From: Planctomycetota bacterium
GTDB taxonomy: Bacteria > Planctomycetota > UBA1135 > UBA2386
Length of the DNA: 64,000 nucleotides
Direction of reading: 5' to 3'
NCBI GenBank assembly: GCA_046349595.1
Contig: JAXMCA010000002.1
Span: 102,827 to 166,826, forward strand
The stretch's first letter is position 1. Every line of letters starts with the position of its first letter. Under the pieces are notes generated by a model. The model saw only the letters and a list, made by a program, of their open reading frames with translations, was not told where the DNA came from and searched no databases. The position numbers were made by a program, and so were the translations under genes. Shown here piece by piece: positions 53,285 through 61,826 of this stretch.

Positions 53285-53576
53285 CAGAGGTGGCGTCTGC
53301 AGCCGGCGGGAGCAGCGCAGTCGGATACGCGAGCGAGGCGCGTCGGGGGTGGCTCGGGGCGGGTCAAAGCCTAGCACCGGCCAAGGGCCTCGGGCCGACG
53401 CCCATGGGTGCCGTCGCCGTGCCCCATCCCTGGCCCCCGTGGCATCGGGCCCGTCGCCGCGGCGCTGTCTCGCGATCGACCCATCGCGGCCAGGGCAGCA
53501 ACCCATTCGGGTAGCCGCGTCGTCGCGGCGCGCCGACCAGGATGGCCCAGGCCGCTTGGTCGGCTGGGGTCGCTCC

Positions 53577-53615
53577 GGCCCTCGAATCGTCGCTTCGCGC
53601 GACGATTCGAAGGCC
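53577..53615. other. 17-bp near-perfect inverted repeat (one mismatch, 5-nt loop) in the 637-bp non-coding region upstream of the nos cluster
   Basis: ggccCtcgaatcgtcgc-ttcgc-gcgacgattcgaAggcc. Either a strong RNA hairpin or a palindromic operator. Confidence 0.4.
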
Positions 53616-53920
53616 TACGGACCCAGGAGGTCGAACGGAGACGACGCGCGCCGCGCCGGCCGCCGCCGACGGCCGGGGGCCACACCCAGCGGGCCTCTGC
53701 GCGGGACGAGTCGCAACCCGAGGCGGGTGACCCGCGGAAACCCCGACGCGGCTGGAATTCCCCACTTCTCCGGAGCTTTGTATCCCTTGATGCTGGTCCA
53801 TCGCTCAGCGCTAGCCCCATTGCCGTGGCTCTCCGGGCCATTCCTGGGCGTCGCGACCCGTCGTTGAGTCACCATCACAAGACTCTTCCATCCGCGAAGT
53901 CGAGATCCTGAGGACCCATC

Positions 53921-54307
53921 ATGCGCCGCGCGTTCCGAACCACAGCCCTCTGCCTGCTCACGACCCTGGTTGCCTGCGGCAGCAAGTCGTCGACGGGCGG
54001 CCCCGCGGTCTCCGCCGCGGCGCGTCAGGAAGCCGAGGCCTTCTTCACCCAGACCTGCGTTCCGTGCCACGGCTCGACCGGTCACGGCGACGGCCCCGGA
54101 TCCGGTGCGCTCCAACCCAAGCCGCGCTCGTTCGCCGACGCGTCCTGGCAAGACCAGGTCAGCGACGAGCAGATCGTGAAGACCATCACTCTCGGTGGCG
54201 CTGCGGTGGGAAAGAGCCCGGTGATGCCGGCGCAACCGCAGCTCAAGGAGAAGACCGAGTTGCTCGCCGCGCTCGTCGCGAAGATCCGCGCCTATCGCGG
54301 CAAATGA
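53921..54307 (+). CDS. Class I c-type cytochrome (lipoprotein), likely electron donor to NosZ
   Basis: Lipobox (LVAC), a single CVPCHG heme motif, and the distal Met region (…SPVMPAQ…). Confidence 0.75.
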   Translation: MRRAFRTTALCLLTTLVACGSKSSTGGPAVSAAARQEAEAFFTQTCVPCHGSTGHGDGPGSGALQPKPRSFADASWQDQVSDEQIVKTITLGGAAVGKSPVMPAQPQLKEKTELLAALVAKIRAYRGK

Positions 54308-54361
54308 ACGTCCCCGCCGCGTGAGCGGCACCCACGTCCCCGTTCCCGAGGTGTCCTGACC

Positions 54362-56311
54362 ATGAACATGAGCCCTTCGCCCAAGGGACTTCTCTTCACC
54401 GTCGTCGCCGCGAGCCTGGTCGGCTGCGGCGGCGGAAGCCCCGGTGGCGCGACCTCCAATGAGATCGTCGCACTGATGAACGCTCGCGGCCTGAAGGAGG
54501 CCGACGTCACCGCAGCCCTCAAGACCTACACGCCCACTGGCAAGCACGACGAGTACTACACCTTCGCGTCGGGCGGACACGCCGGAAACCTGATCGTGAT
54601 CGGCGTGCCGAGCATGCGGATCCTGAAGTACGTCGCGGTCTTTACTCCCGAGCCCTGGCAGGGCTACGGGTACGGCGACCAGAGCGGCGAGGTGTTGACC
54701 CAGGGAACGCGCCACCACAAGCGCCTCACCTGGGCCGACATGCACCACCCGGCCCTGAGCGAGACCAATGGCGACTACGACGGCAAGTTCGTGTTCGTCA
54801 ACGACAAGGCCAATCCGCGGATCGCGGTGGTCGACCTCCACGACTTCGTCACCAAGCAGATCGTGACGAGCGAACTGATCGAGTGCGATCACGGCGCGGC
54901 GTTCGTGACCCCGAACACCGAATACGTGATCGAGACCTCGCAGTACCCCGCCCCGCTGGGCGGACGCTACGCGCCGATCGAGAAGTTCAACGACGAGTAC
55001 CGCGGCGCGATCCTGTTCTGGAAGTTCGACCGCGAGACGGGGCGGATCGTCCCGGAGCAGTCGTTCGCGGTGGAACTGCCACCCTACATGCAGGACCTCG
55101 CCGACGCCGGCAAGCGCGTGTCGGAGGGTTGGGTGTTCTGCAACTCGATCGACACCGAACGGTCCTACGGAGGCACCGCGGAGGGACGTCCCCCGCTCGA
55201 AGCAGGCGCCTCGCAGAACGACATGGACTACCTGCACGTCTTCGACCTGAAGAAGGCCGAGCAGGTGGTCGCGGCCGGCAAGACCGAGACCATCGCCAAG
55301 ATGCGGGTCATCCGCCTGCAGACGGCGATCGACGAGGGTCTGGTGCACTTCATCCCCGAGCCGAAGAGCCCGCACGGCCTCGACATCACGCCGGACGGCG
55401 CCGAACTCGTGGTCGGTGGCAAGCTCGACACGCACTGCACCGTCTACTCCTTCGCGAAGATCAAGGACCTGATCGCGCAGAAGAAGTACGCGGGCAAGGA
55501 TCCCTACGGCGTGCCGATCCTCGACTTCGCGTCGGCGATCCGCGGTCAATGCGAGATCGGGCTCGGCCCGCTCCACACTCAGTTCGACGACAAGGGCTTC
55601 GCCTACACGTCGGTGTTCATCGAGTCGACCGTCGCCAAGTGGTCGGTCAAGGACCTCAAGGTCGTCGACAAGGTGAACGTCCACTTCAACATCGGTCACC
55701 TGGTCGCGGCGGAAGGCGACACCGTCTCCCCCGACGGTCGCTTCCTGATCGCGATGGACAAGTGGGCGATCGATCGCTTCGCCGGAGTCGGCCCGCTGCT
55801 CCCGCAGAACTTCCAGCTGATCGACATCTCGGGCGACAAGATGCAGTTGCTCTACGACATGCCTCTGCCGCTCGGTGAGCCGCACTACGCGCAGATGGTC
55901 AAGGCGGACAAGCTGCACCCCGTCGATGTGTACTCGCCGATCGGAATCGATCCGTTCACCATGAAGGTCGATCCGAACGCGACCGTCTCGGGCAAGGAGC
56001 GCATCGAACGCAAGGCCGACGGCGTCCACGTGTTCATGACTGCGGTGCGCAGCCACTTCACGCCGGACACGATCCGTGTGAAGCAGGGTGAGCGGGTCCA
56101 TCTGCACCTGACCAACGTCGAGCAGGCGCACGATGCGACGCACGGCTTCTGCATCGGCTCCTACAACGTCAACGTCAGCCTCGAGCCCGGCAAGCACACC
56201 AACATCGACTTCGTCGCCGACGAGGCCGGCGTGTTCCCGATGTACTGCACCGAGTTCTGCTCGGCCCTGCACCTCGAGATGGCCGGCTACTTCCTGGTCG
56301 AGCCGCAATGA
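54362..56311 (+). CDS. nosZ: Nitrous-oxide reductase, clade II (Sec/lipoprotein-type NosZ)
   Basis: 649 aa. Sec lipoprotein signal (…ASLVGCGGG) rather than Tat. Seven-bladed propeller with CuZ His ligands, and a C-terminal cupredoxin CuA site (…HGFCIGSYN…MYCTEFCSALHLEMAGYF). Confidence 0.9.
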   Translation: MNMSPSPKGLLFTVVAASLVGCGGGSPGGATSNEIVALMNARGLKEADVTAALKTYTPTGKHDEYYTFASGGHAGNLIVIGVPSMRILKYVAVFTPEPWQGYGYGDQSGEVLTQGTRHHKRLTWADMHHPALSETNGDYDGKFVFVNDKANPRIAVVDLHDFVTKQIVTSELIECDHGAAFVTPNTEYVIETSQYPAPLGGRYAPIEKFNDEYRGAILFWKFDRETGRIVPEQSFAVELPPYMQDLADAGKRVSEGWVFCNSIDTERSYGGTAEGRPPLEAGASQNDMDYLHVFDLKKAEQVVAAGKTETIAKMRVIRLQTAIDEGLVHFIPEPKSPHGLDITPDGAELVVGGKLDTHCTVYSFAKIKDLIAQKKYAGKDPYGVPILDFASAIRGQCEIGLGPLHTQFDDKGFAYTSVFIESTVAKWSVKDLKVVDKVNVHFNIGHLVAAEGDTVSPDGRFLIAMDKWAIDRFAGVGPLLPQNFQLIDISGDKMQLLYDMPLPLGEPHYAQMVKADKLHPVDVYSPIGIDPFTMKVDPNATVSGKERIERKADGVHVFMTAVRSHFTPDTIRVKQGERVHLHLTNVEQAHDATHGFCIGSYNVNVSLEPGKHTNIDFVADEAGVFPMYCTEFCSALHLEMAGYFLVEPQ

Positions 56312-57618
56312 ACTCCGCTCCCGCGATCATCCTCTGCGCCGCACTCGCCGCCGTGACGGCGTGTGCGGATGGTCGCGGCGCGGGAGCGCCGGCGCCCCAG
56401 CCGCTGCCGGCGCCCGCGGGAGGCAGGTCCGTTCCACCGGGAGGGTTGCAGGACGCTCTGACCGAGGCAGCAGCCGGGGCGGTGCTGCTCCTCGAACCGG
56501 GTCTGCACCCGGGGCCGATCCGCATCACGAGACCCGTGACGATCTGGGGGCCGCCGACGGCGATCCTCCGCTCGACGGGCGAAGGCACCACGCTGTCGGT
56601 CGAAGCGGCCGGAACGAAGCTGTCCGGATTCACGGTCGACGGCAGCGGTTCGCGCTTCGACACCACCGACGCCGCCGTCCGCGTGCGGGCCGACGACGTC
56701 GAGGTGCGCGGACTGAGCGTGGTCCACTCCCTGTTCGGCATCCTGGTCGAACTCAGCAAGCGCGCCGAGATCCGCGACAACCTGGTGGAAGGGACCGGAC
56801 AACCCGCGCACGGTCTGCGCGGCGACGGCATCCGTCTGTGGGAGACCACCGATTCCGTGGTCAGCGGCAATCGCGTGCGCGATGCGCGCGACGTCGTGGT
56901 TTGGTACTCGTCGCACAACCGGGTCGTCGGCAACGACGTCCGCGGCTGCCGCTACGGCACGCACTTCATGTACAGCCACGAGAACCTCGTGGCGGACAAT
57001 CGCTATCGCGACAACGTCGTCGGCATCTTCGTGATGTACAGCCACGACGTGTCGATCGAGCGCAACCTCATCGCGCATTGCTCGGGTGCGGCCGGTGTCG
57101 GACTCGGGGTCAAGGAATCCGGCAACCTCACGGTCGCCGCCAACGCCTTCCTCGCCAACACCACGAGCATCTACCTCGACACCTCTCCCCTGGATCGCAA
57201 CCAGACCAACCGCTTCCGGGGCAACCACATCCGCATGAGTGACACCGGCGTGGTGTTCCACGCCAGCCCCGAGCGCAACGAATTCGAGGACAACAGCCTG
57301 CGCGACAACACGCATCAGGTGCAGGTCGGCGGCGGTGGGGACGCCATGCGGACCAGCTGGCGCGGCAACTGCTGGGACGACTACCAGGGCTACGACCTCG
57401 ACGGCGACGGCCGCGGCGACGTCGCCTACGAACTCCGCAGCCTGTCCAGCGATCTGCTCGGCAAGCAGCCCGAGCTGGCCTTGCTGCGCGGAACTCCTGC
57501 CCTCGCGATGGTCGACCTCGTCGGCGAGGTGCTGCCCCTGTTCGCGCCGCAGCAACTGCTCGTCGACGAGTCGCCGCGACTCGTCTCCTCACCTCTGGAG
57601 TGGTTCGATGCGCATTGA
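56308..57618 (+). CDS. nosD: NosD, periplasmic parallel beta-helix Cu-centre assembly protein
   Basis: Signal peptide and right-handed beta-helix repeats (…VVGNDVRGCRYGTHFMYSHENLVADNRYRDNVVGIFVMYSH…). ATGA overlap with nosZ. Confidence 0.8.
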   Translation: MNSAPAIILCAALAAVTACADGRGAGAPAPQPLPAPAGGRSVPPGGLQDALTEAAAGAVLLLEPGLHPGPIRITRPVTIWGPPTAILRSTGEGTTLSVEAAGTKLSGFTVDGSGSRFDTTDAAVRVRADDVEVRGLSVVHSLFGILVELSKRAEIRDNLVEGTGQPAHGLRGDGIRLWETTDSVVSGNRVRDARDVVVWYSSHNRVVGNDVRGCRYGTHFMYSHENLVADNRYRDNVVGIFVMYSHDVSIERNLIAHCSGAAGVGLGVKESGNLTVAANAFLANTTSIYLDTSPLDRNQTNRFRGNHIRMSDTGVVFHASPERNEFEDNSLRDNTHQVQVGGGGDAMRTSWRGNCWDDYQGYDLDGDGRGDVAYELRSLSSDLLGKQPELALLRGTPALAMVDLVGEVLPLFAPQQLLVDESPRLVSSPLEWFDAH

Positions 57619-58489
57619 ACTGGAATCCGTGCGCCGTCGCTTCGGGTCCGTCGTCGCGCTCGACGGCATCGATCTGTGCCTCGCGTCCGGCTCGCGGACC
57701 GCGCTGGTCGGCCCGAACGGTTCCGGAAAGTCGACGCTGATCCGCATCGTGTGCGGCCTGATCGGCCACGAGGGTCGCGTCGCGATCGACGGCCTCGATC
57801 CGCTCACCGACCGTGCGAAGCTCGCCCCCCGCGTCGCCTACGTGCCGCAGGTGGCGCCGCGCCTCTCGGCGACGGTCGGCGAACTCACCGCGGCGGTGTG
57901 CCGTCTGCGCCGGTCGCCGCAGGAGCCGATCCTCGACGCCGCACGCGGCATCGGCCTCGACCCGGTGGCCCTGCGCGGCAAGCCGCTGCGCTCGCTCTCG
58001 GGCGGCACGCGCCAGAAGCTGCTCGCCGCCTTCGCGCTCGGCTCCGGTGCCGAGCTGCTCGTGCTCGACGAACCCACCGCGAGCATGGATGCGATGAGCC
58101 GCACGCGGTTCTTCGACCTCGTGCAGTTGCTCGACCCACGCCCCACGCTGCTGCTGTGCTCGCACCGTCTCGACGAGATCCGCAATCTCGTCGATCGCGT
58201 CGTCGCACTCGAGGAAGGGAAGGTCGACCACGACGGTCCGGCCACGCAGTACTTCGCGGCCACCGGACGCTCGGTGGTCGAACTGCGCACGCACAACGGC
58301 CGAGCCTCCACGTTCCTGCTCGAGCACGGTTTCCAGCAGAGCGGCACCGGCTGGTGGCGGACGACCATCGGCACCGCGTCGCGCGGTGAGCTGGTGCGCG
58401 AGGTGTCGGATCGACTCGGCACCGAGCTCGAGGACATCGTCGTCCGCGACGTCGAGGAGTCCCGATCGGGACCGGAGACACGCCGATGA
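57608..58489 (+). CDS. nosF: NosF, ABC transporter ATP-binding protein
   Basis: Walker A GPNGSGKST, signature LSGGTRQK, Walker B LLVLDEPT. Overlaps the nosD 3' end. Confidence 0.8.
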   Translation: MRIELESVRRRFGSVVALDGIDLCLASGSRTALVGPNGSGKSTLIRIVCGLIGHEGRVAIDGLDPLTDRAKLAPRVAYVPQVAPRLSATVGELTAAVCRLRRSPQEPILDAARGIGLDPVALRGKPLRSLSGGTRQKLLAAFALGSGAELLVLDEPTASMDAMSRTRFFDLVQLLDPRPTLLLCSHRLDEIRNLVDRVVALEEGKVDHDGPATQYFAATGRSVVELRTHNGRASTFLLEHGFQQSGTGWWRTTIGTASRGELVREVSDRLGTELEDIVVRDVEESRSGPETRR

Positions 58490-58938
58490 ACGGCAGCCGC
58501 TCGCTCACCTGGATCCTCGGCGCCCTGGTTCTCGTGGGTCTGTCGGTCGTCGCCCGCACCGTGATCGGCGCCGGCCGACCGCCGGCCGGTCCCGTGGAGC
58601 CGGTCTGGGACCGCGAGGCCTGCGCGTTCTGCGCGATGCACGTCGGAGAACGCGGTTTCGCTTGTCAGCTGCAATCGAGCCGCGGCGACGTCCGCTTCTT
58701 CGACGATCCCGGCTGCCTGCTCGAGGATCTCGACGCGACCAAGCCCGAGATCCACGCGATCTACTTCCACGCGCACGATTCCGATCGCTGGCTGTCACGC
58801 GAGGAGGTCCGTTTCGTCGCCCTGACCCCCACACCGATGGGCTACGGGCTCGCCGCGGTGTCCGCCGACACGCCCGGTTCGATGTCCCTCGAACAAGCAG
58901 AGGAGCGCGTCCGTGCCCGACGCGAATCACGCCGATGA
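58486..58938 (+). CDS. nosL: NosL copper chaperone-like lipoprotein
   Basis: 150 aa with a signal/anchor. NosL-like …CAFCAMHV…YFHAHDS…. ATGA overlap with nosF. Confidence 0.65.
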   Translation: MNGSRSLTWILGALVLVGLSVVARTVIGAGRPPAGPVEPVWDREACAFCAMHVGERGFACQLQSSRGDVRFFDDPGCLLEDLDATKPEIHAIYFHAHDSDRWLSREEVRFVALTPTPMGYGLAAVSADTPGSMSLEQAEERVRARRESRR

Positions 58939-59774
58939 TCGCCCGTCACGAGTTCGCCGCGATCGCGCGGCTGGAGATCGCCGAGGTGCTGCGGTCCCGC
59001 TGGCTGGTGTTCTGCATCGCCGTCTATGCGGTGCTGACCGGGATCTTCGTGCTGGTCGGTCTGCGCGAGTCGACGGTGATGGGCTTCACCGGCATGGGCC
59101 GCGTGCTGATGTCGTTCAGCCACGCACTGGTGTTCCTGCTGCCGCTGCTCGGACTCGGCGCGAGCGGCCAGATCGTCAACGGCGCTCGTGACGACGGCAC
59201 GCTCGAACTCCTGTTCGGTCACCCGCTGGGTCGTTCGGGCTGGTTCGGCTCCGTGTCGCTGGTGCGCTTCGTGGCGCTCGCCGCGCCGCTCGTCCTGCTG
59301 CTCCCGATCATGGCGATCGCCGGGAGCCTGATGTTCGGACAGATCGTGCCGTGGGGTTTCCTGCTGCGTGTGACCGCGGTCAGCACCGCGCTCCTGTGGT
59401 GTTCGGTCGCCCTCGGCTTCGCCATCTCCACCTTCGTCCGTGGCCAGGCCAAGGCCCTGATGCTGCTGCTCTTCGCATGGGCCGCGCAGGTCGCGCTGAT
59501 CGACTTCGGCCTGATCGGGCTGATGCTGCAATGGCACCTGCCGGCGGAGGCGGTCTTCGCGCTGGCCGCCCTGAATCCCGTGCAGGACGCACGGCTCGCC
59601 CTGCTCTCCGCCGCCGATCCCGAACTCGCCACCTTGGGCCCCGTCGGCTTCTACCTCGCCAATCACCTCGGCAGCGGTGCGCTGCTCGCGCTCGGCATCG
59701 GCTGGCCACTCCTGCTCGGCTCGACCGTCTGGCTCCTGAGCGCGCGCCACTTCGAGTCCGGCGACCTCGTGTGA
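58935..59774 (+). CDS. nosY: NosY, ABC-2 type permease
   Basis: 279 aa from the internal Met (MIARHEF…) with six TM helices. ATGA overlap with nosL. Confidence 0.7.
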   Translation: MIARHEFAAIARLEIAEVLRSRWLVFCIAVYAVLTGIFVLVGLRESTVMGFTGMGRVLMSFSHALVFLLPLLGLGASGQIVNGARDDGTLELLFGHPLGRSGWFGSVSLVRFVALAAPLVLLLPIMAIAGSLMFGQIVPWGFLLRVTAVSTALLWCSVALGFAISTFVRGQAKALMLLLFAWAAQVALIDFGLIGLMLQWHLPAEAVFALAALNPVQDARLALLSAADPELATLGPVGFYLANHLGSGALLALGIGWPLLLGSTVWLLSARHFESGDLV

Positions 59775-59781
59775 GGACATC

Positions 59782-60426
59782 GTGAAGACCACCGCACCCA
59801 GCTTCTTCGAGTTCCTCGACCTTCCCCTGCGCGGACGCGGACGCCTCGTCCTGTGCGCGCTGGTGATCCCGCTCCTGCTGAGCTTCGCGTTCCCCCTCTG
59901 GAACATCAACATGATCGCCCCCCAGTACCCGAAGGGTCTGCAGATGGACATCTGGAGCTACCAGCTCGTCGGCGGCAACAACGGCAACGACATCCAGGAG
60001 ATCAACACCCTCAATCACTACATCGGGATGAAGACGATCACCCGCGACGAGCTGCGCGACCTCGACTGGTTGCCCTTCGGGCTCATCGCGATGGCCCTGC
60101 TCGCCCTGCGTGTGGCCCTGCTCGGCAACGTGCGTGCGCTGATCGATCTCTCCGCCATCGCCGCCTACATCTCGGCGATCGCCTTCGGGCGCTTCGTGTT
60201 CATGCTGTGGGACTTCGGTCACCACCTGAAACCCGAGGCGCCGGTCAAGGTCGAGCCCTTCATGCCGGTTGTCTTCGGTTCGAAGAAGATCGCGAACTTC
60301 TGGACCTACTCGTATCCGCAATGGGGAGCGATCCTGGTCGGGATCTTCACGGTCGGCATCTGGGGGATGACCGTCTTCTACCTGGTTCGCGGTCGTCGCG
60401 AGAGCCGGCTGCACCCGGAGGGATGA
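59782..60426 (+). CDS. Integral membrane protein at the end of the nos cluster (possible clade II accessory, NosB-like?)
   Basis: 214 aa with 4-5 TM helices. Starts 8 nt after nosY. The NosB assignment is positional only. Confidence 0.35.
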   Translation: MKTTAPSFFEFLDLPLRGRGRLVLCALVIPLLLSFAFPLWNINMIAPQYPKGLQMDIWSYQLVGGNNGNDIQEINTLNHYIGMKTITRDELRDLDWLPFGLIAMALLALRVALLGNVRALIDLSAIAAYISAIAFGRFVFMLWDFGHHLKPEAPVKVEPFMPVVFGSKKIANFWTYSYPQWGAILVGIFTVGIWGMTVFYLVRGRRESRLHPEG

Positions 60427-60511
60427 CGACGGCGCACGCGGATCGGTCGCGTGCTGGACGGCCGATCCCGCACTGCCGACATTGACGACGAGGTCCATCA
60501 ACCCGCCGTCC

Positions 60512-61168
60512 ATGCAAGTCGATCGCGAAGCCTCTGCAGCGCCGTCCGAGATCATCCCTCTCGAGCGCACACGGGGCGTGCGTCGCGCGATGCTGCTGAA
60601 CGACATGCTGCCCGGGTTCGCGGTCCTGTTCGGCGGCCTGTCGCTCCTCTCGATCGAGGGCCGTCGCGCCTACGCGATCATCAGCCTCCTCACGGGTGGT
60701 GCGCTGTGCGCGGCCGGTGTGCGCGAATGGCGATCCTCGAGCGAATCGACCTCGCGCTTTTGCTGGGTGGACGTCTGTGGCGGCGTGGTCGCGTTGCTCA
60801 CGGCGCTCATGACCTACAAGCCGCAGAAGGCCTTCCAGCCGGCGACGCTCGCAATCCTCGTCGGCGTCCTGCTGCTCGTGCGCGGCCTGTTCCCGCACCT
60901 GTTCCCGCGCCTGCGCAAGCTGCGACTCGACGAGGACGGCTTCAGCCTGCGCCTCTCGCCCCTGCGCTCCTGTCGTCGCACCTGGCCGGAACTGGAACGG
61001 ATCGAGACGCGGCCGCGTGCGGTGACGCTCCACCATCGCGATGGCCGGATCCGCACCGTGTCGCTGCGCAGCGTGGCCAATGCCGAGGTCGTGGTCGCCG
61101 CGCTGCTCCGCTCCGCAAGCGCCCACGGTGTCTCCGTGCCGGAGCGCGCCGACGCCCCGACGGGTTGA
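60512..61168 (+). CDS. Membrane-anchored hypothetical protein with bacterial PH-like C-terminal domain
   Basis: Two N-terminal TM helices, then a C-terminal bPH-like region (…GFSLRLSPLRSCRRTWPELERIETRPRAVTLHHRDGRIRTVSLRS…). Confidence 0.35.
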   Translation: MQVDREASAAPSEIIPLERTRGVRRAMLLNDMLPGFAVLFGGLSLLSIEGRRAYAIISLLTGGALCAAGVREWRSSSESTSRFCWVDVCGGVVALLTALMTYKPQKAFQPATLAILVGVLLLVRGLFPHLFPRLRKLRLDEDGFSLRLSPLRSCRRTWPELERIETRPRAVTLHHRDGRIRTVSLRSVANAEVVVAALLRSASAHGVSVPERADAPTG

Positions 61169-61222
61169 GGCCGGTTTCCCTTCGCATCGGGTACGGAACC
61201 GACCTATCCTCCGCGCCCACCC

Positions 61223-61750
61223 GTGACGTCCCTCCGCTCCCTCGCCGTCGGTATCGCCTGGATCGCCTGCGCGATCCTCGTGGGACTGCCGGTGCACGGC
61301 GTCACGCTGTGCATCCACGACGCGGGGGACATCTCGGTGGGGGTCGACTCCCACGACGGCTGCCCCTGTGCGCCCGCGGCATCGGGCGCGGAGTCTCCGG
61401 AGGGAACCGTCGACAGCGACTGCGAGCCCTGCGGATCCGGCTGCCTCGACGTCGCGATCCGCGGCGACTTCGACCTCGGACTCCCCCACGAGCGCACGAG
61501 GTTGCCGGGTCGGGCCCCCACCGCCCGCGCCGAAGCGGACCGGCAGGGTGACGTCGCGAGGCGCCACGACCCGGTCCGGCATCGCGAGGGGTCGCGCGCA
61601 CCGACTCCCTGCATCGCAGCACCACCGCGCACCGCACCACCATTCGACGACGAGTGCTTCGATCCGCGCGCCGTCGTCCCCGGGGACGAGGGTGCGATCG
61701 CATTGCGGCGTGCCCTCGCTGCACGTCGCTGCGTCGTGCTGCTGATCTGA
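61223..61750 (+). CDS. Cys/His/Asp-rich secreted hypothetical protein (possible metal-binding), GTG start
   Basis: Signal/TM (LAVGIAWIACAILVGL) followed by HDAGDISVGVDSHDGCPCAPAA…DSDCEPCGSGC. Sits directly upstream of an efflux OMF-MFP locus. Confidence 0.3.
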   Translation: MTSLRSLAVGIAWIACAILVGLPVHGVTLCIHDAGDISVGVDSHDGCPCAPAASGAESPEGTVDSDCEPCGSGCLDVAIRGDFDLGLPHERTRLPGRAPTARAEADRQGDVARRHDPVRHREGSRAPTPCIAAPPRTAPPFDDECFDPRAVVPGDEGAIALRRALAARRCVVLLI

Positions 61751-61826
61751 GCCGCGGGACCGGCGTCCCGTCCCACCCTCGCCCGCACCGGCCGCGACCA
61801 CGATCGCCCGCTGCGCCGACCCCACC

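Noticed and set aside
53583-53621. GATTCGAA motif resembling a tRNA TΨC loop inside the nos-upstream hairpin
   Set aside because: No acceptor stem, D-arm or anticodon arm can be folded around it. The element is a simple long hairpin, not a tRNA or tmRNA.
61166-61225. Single in-frame TGA between the membrane/PH-domain ORF (…61168) and the Cys-rich ORF (61223…) as a second selenocysteine/readthrough candidate
   Set aside because: The downstream ORF begins with its own GTG and an N-terminal hydrophobic signal/TM. The 18 intervening codons encode a Pro-rich linker with no fold continuity, and the TGA does not replace a conserved Cys. Two separate genes is more parsimonious.
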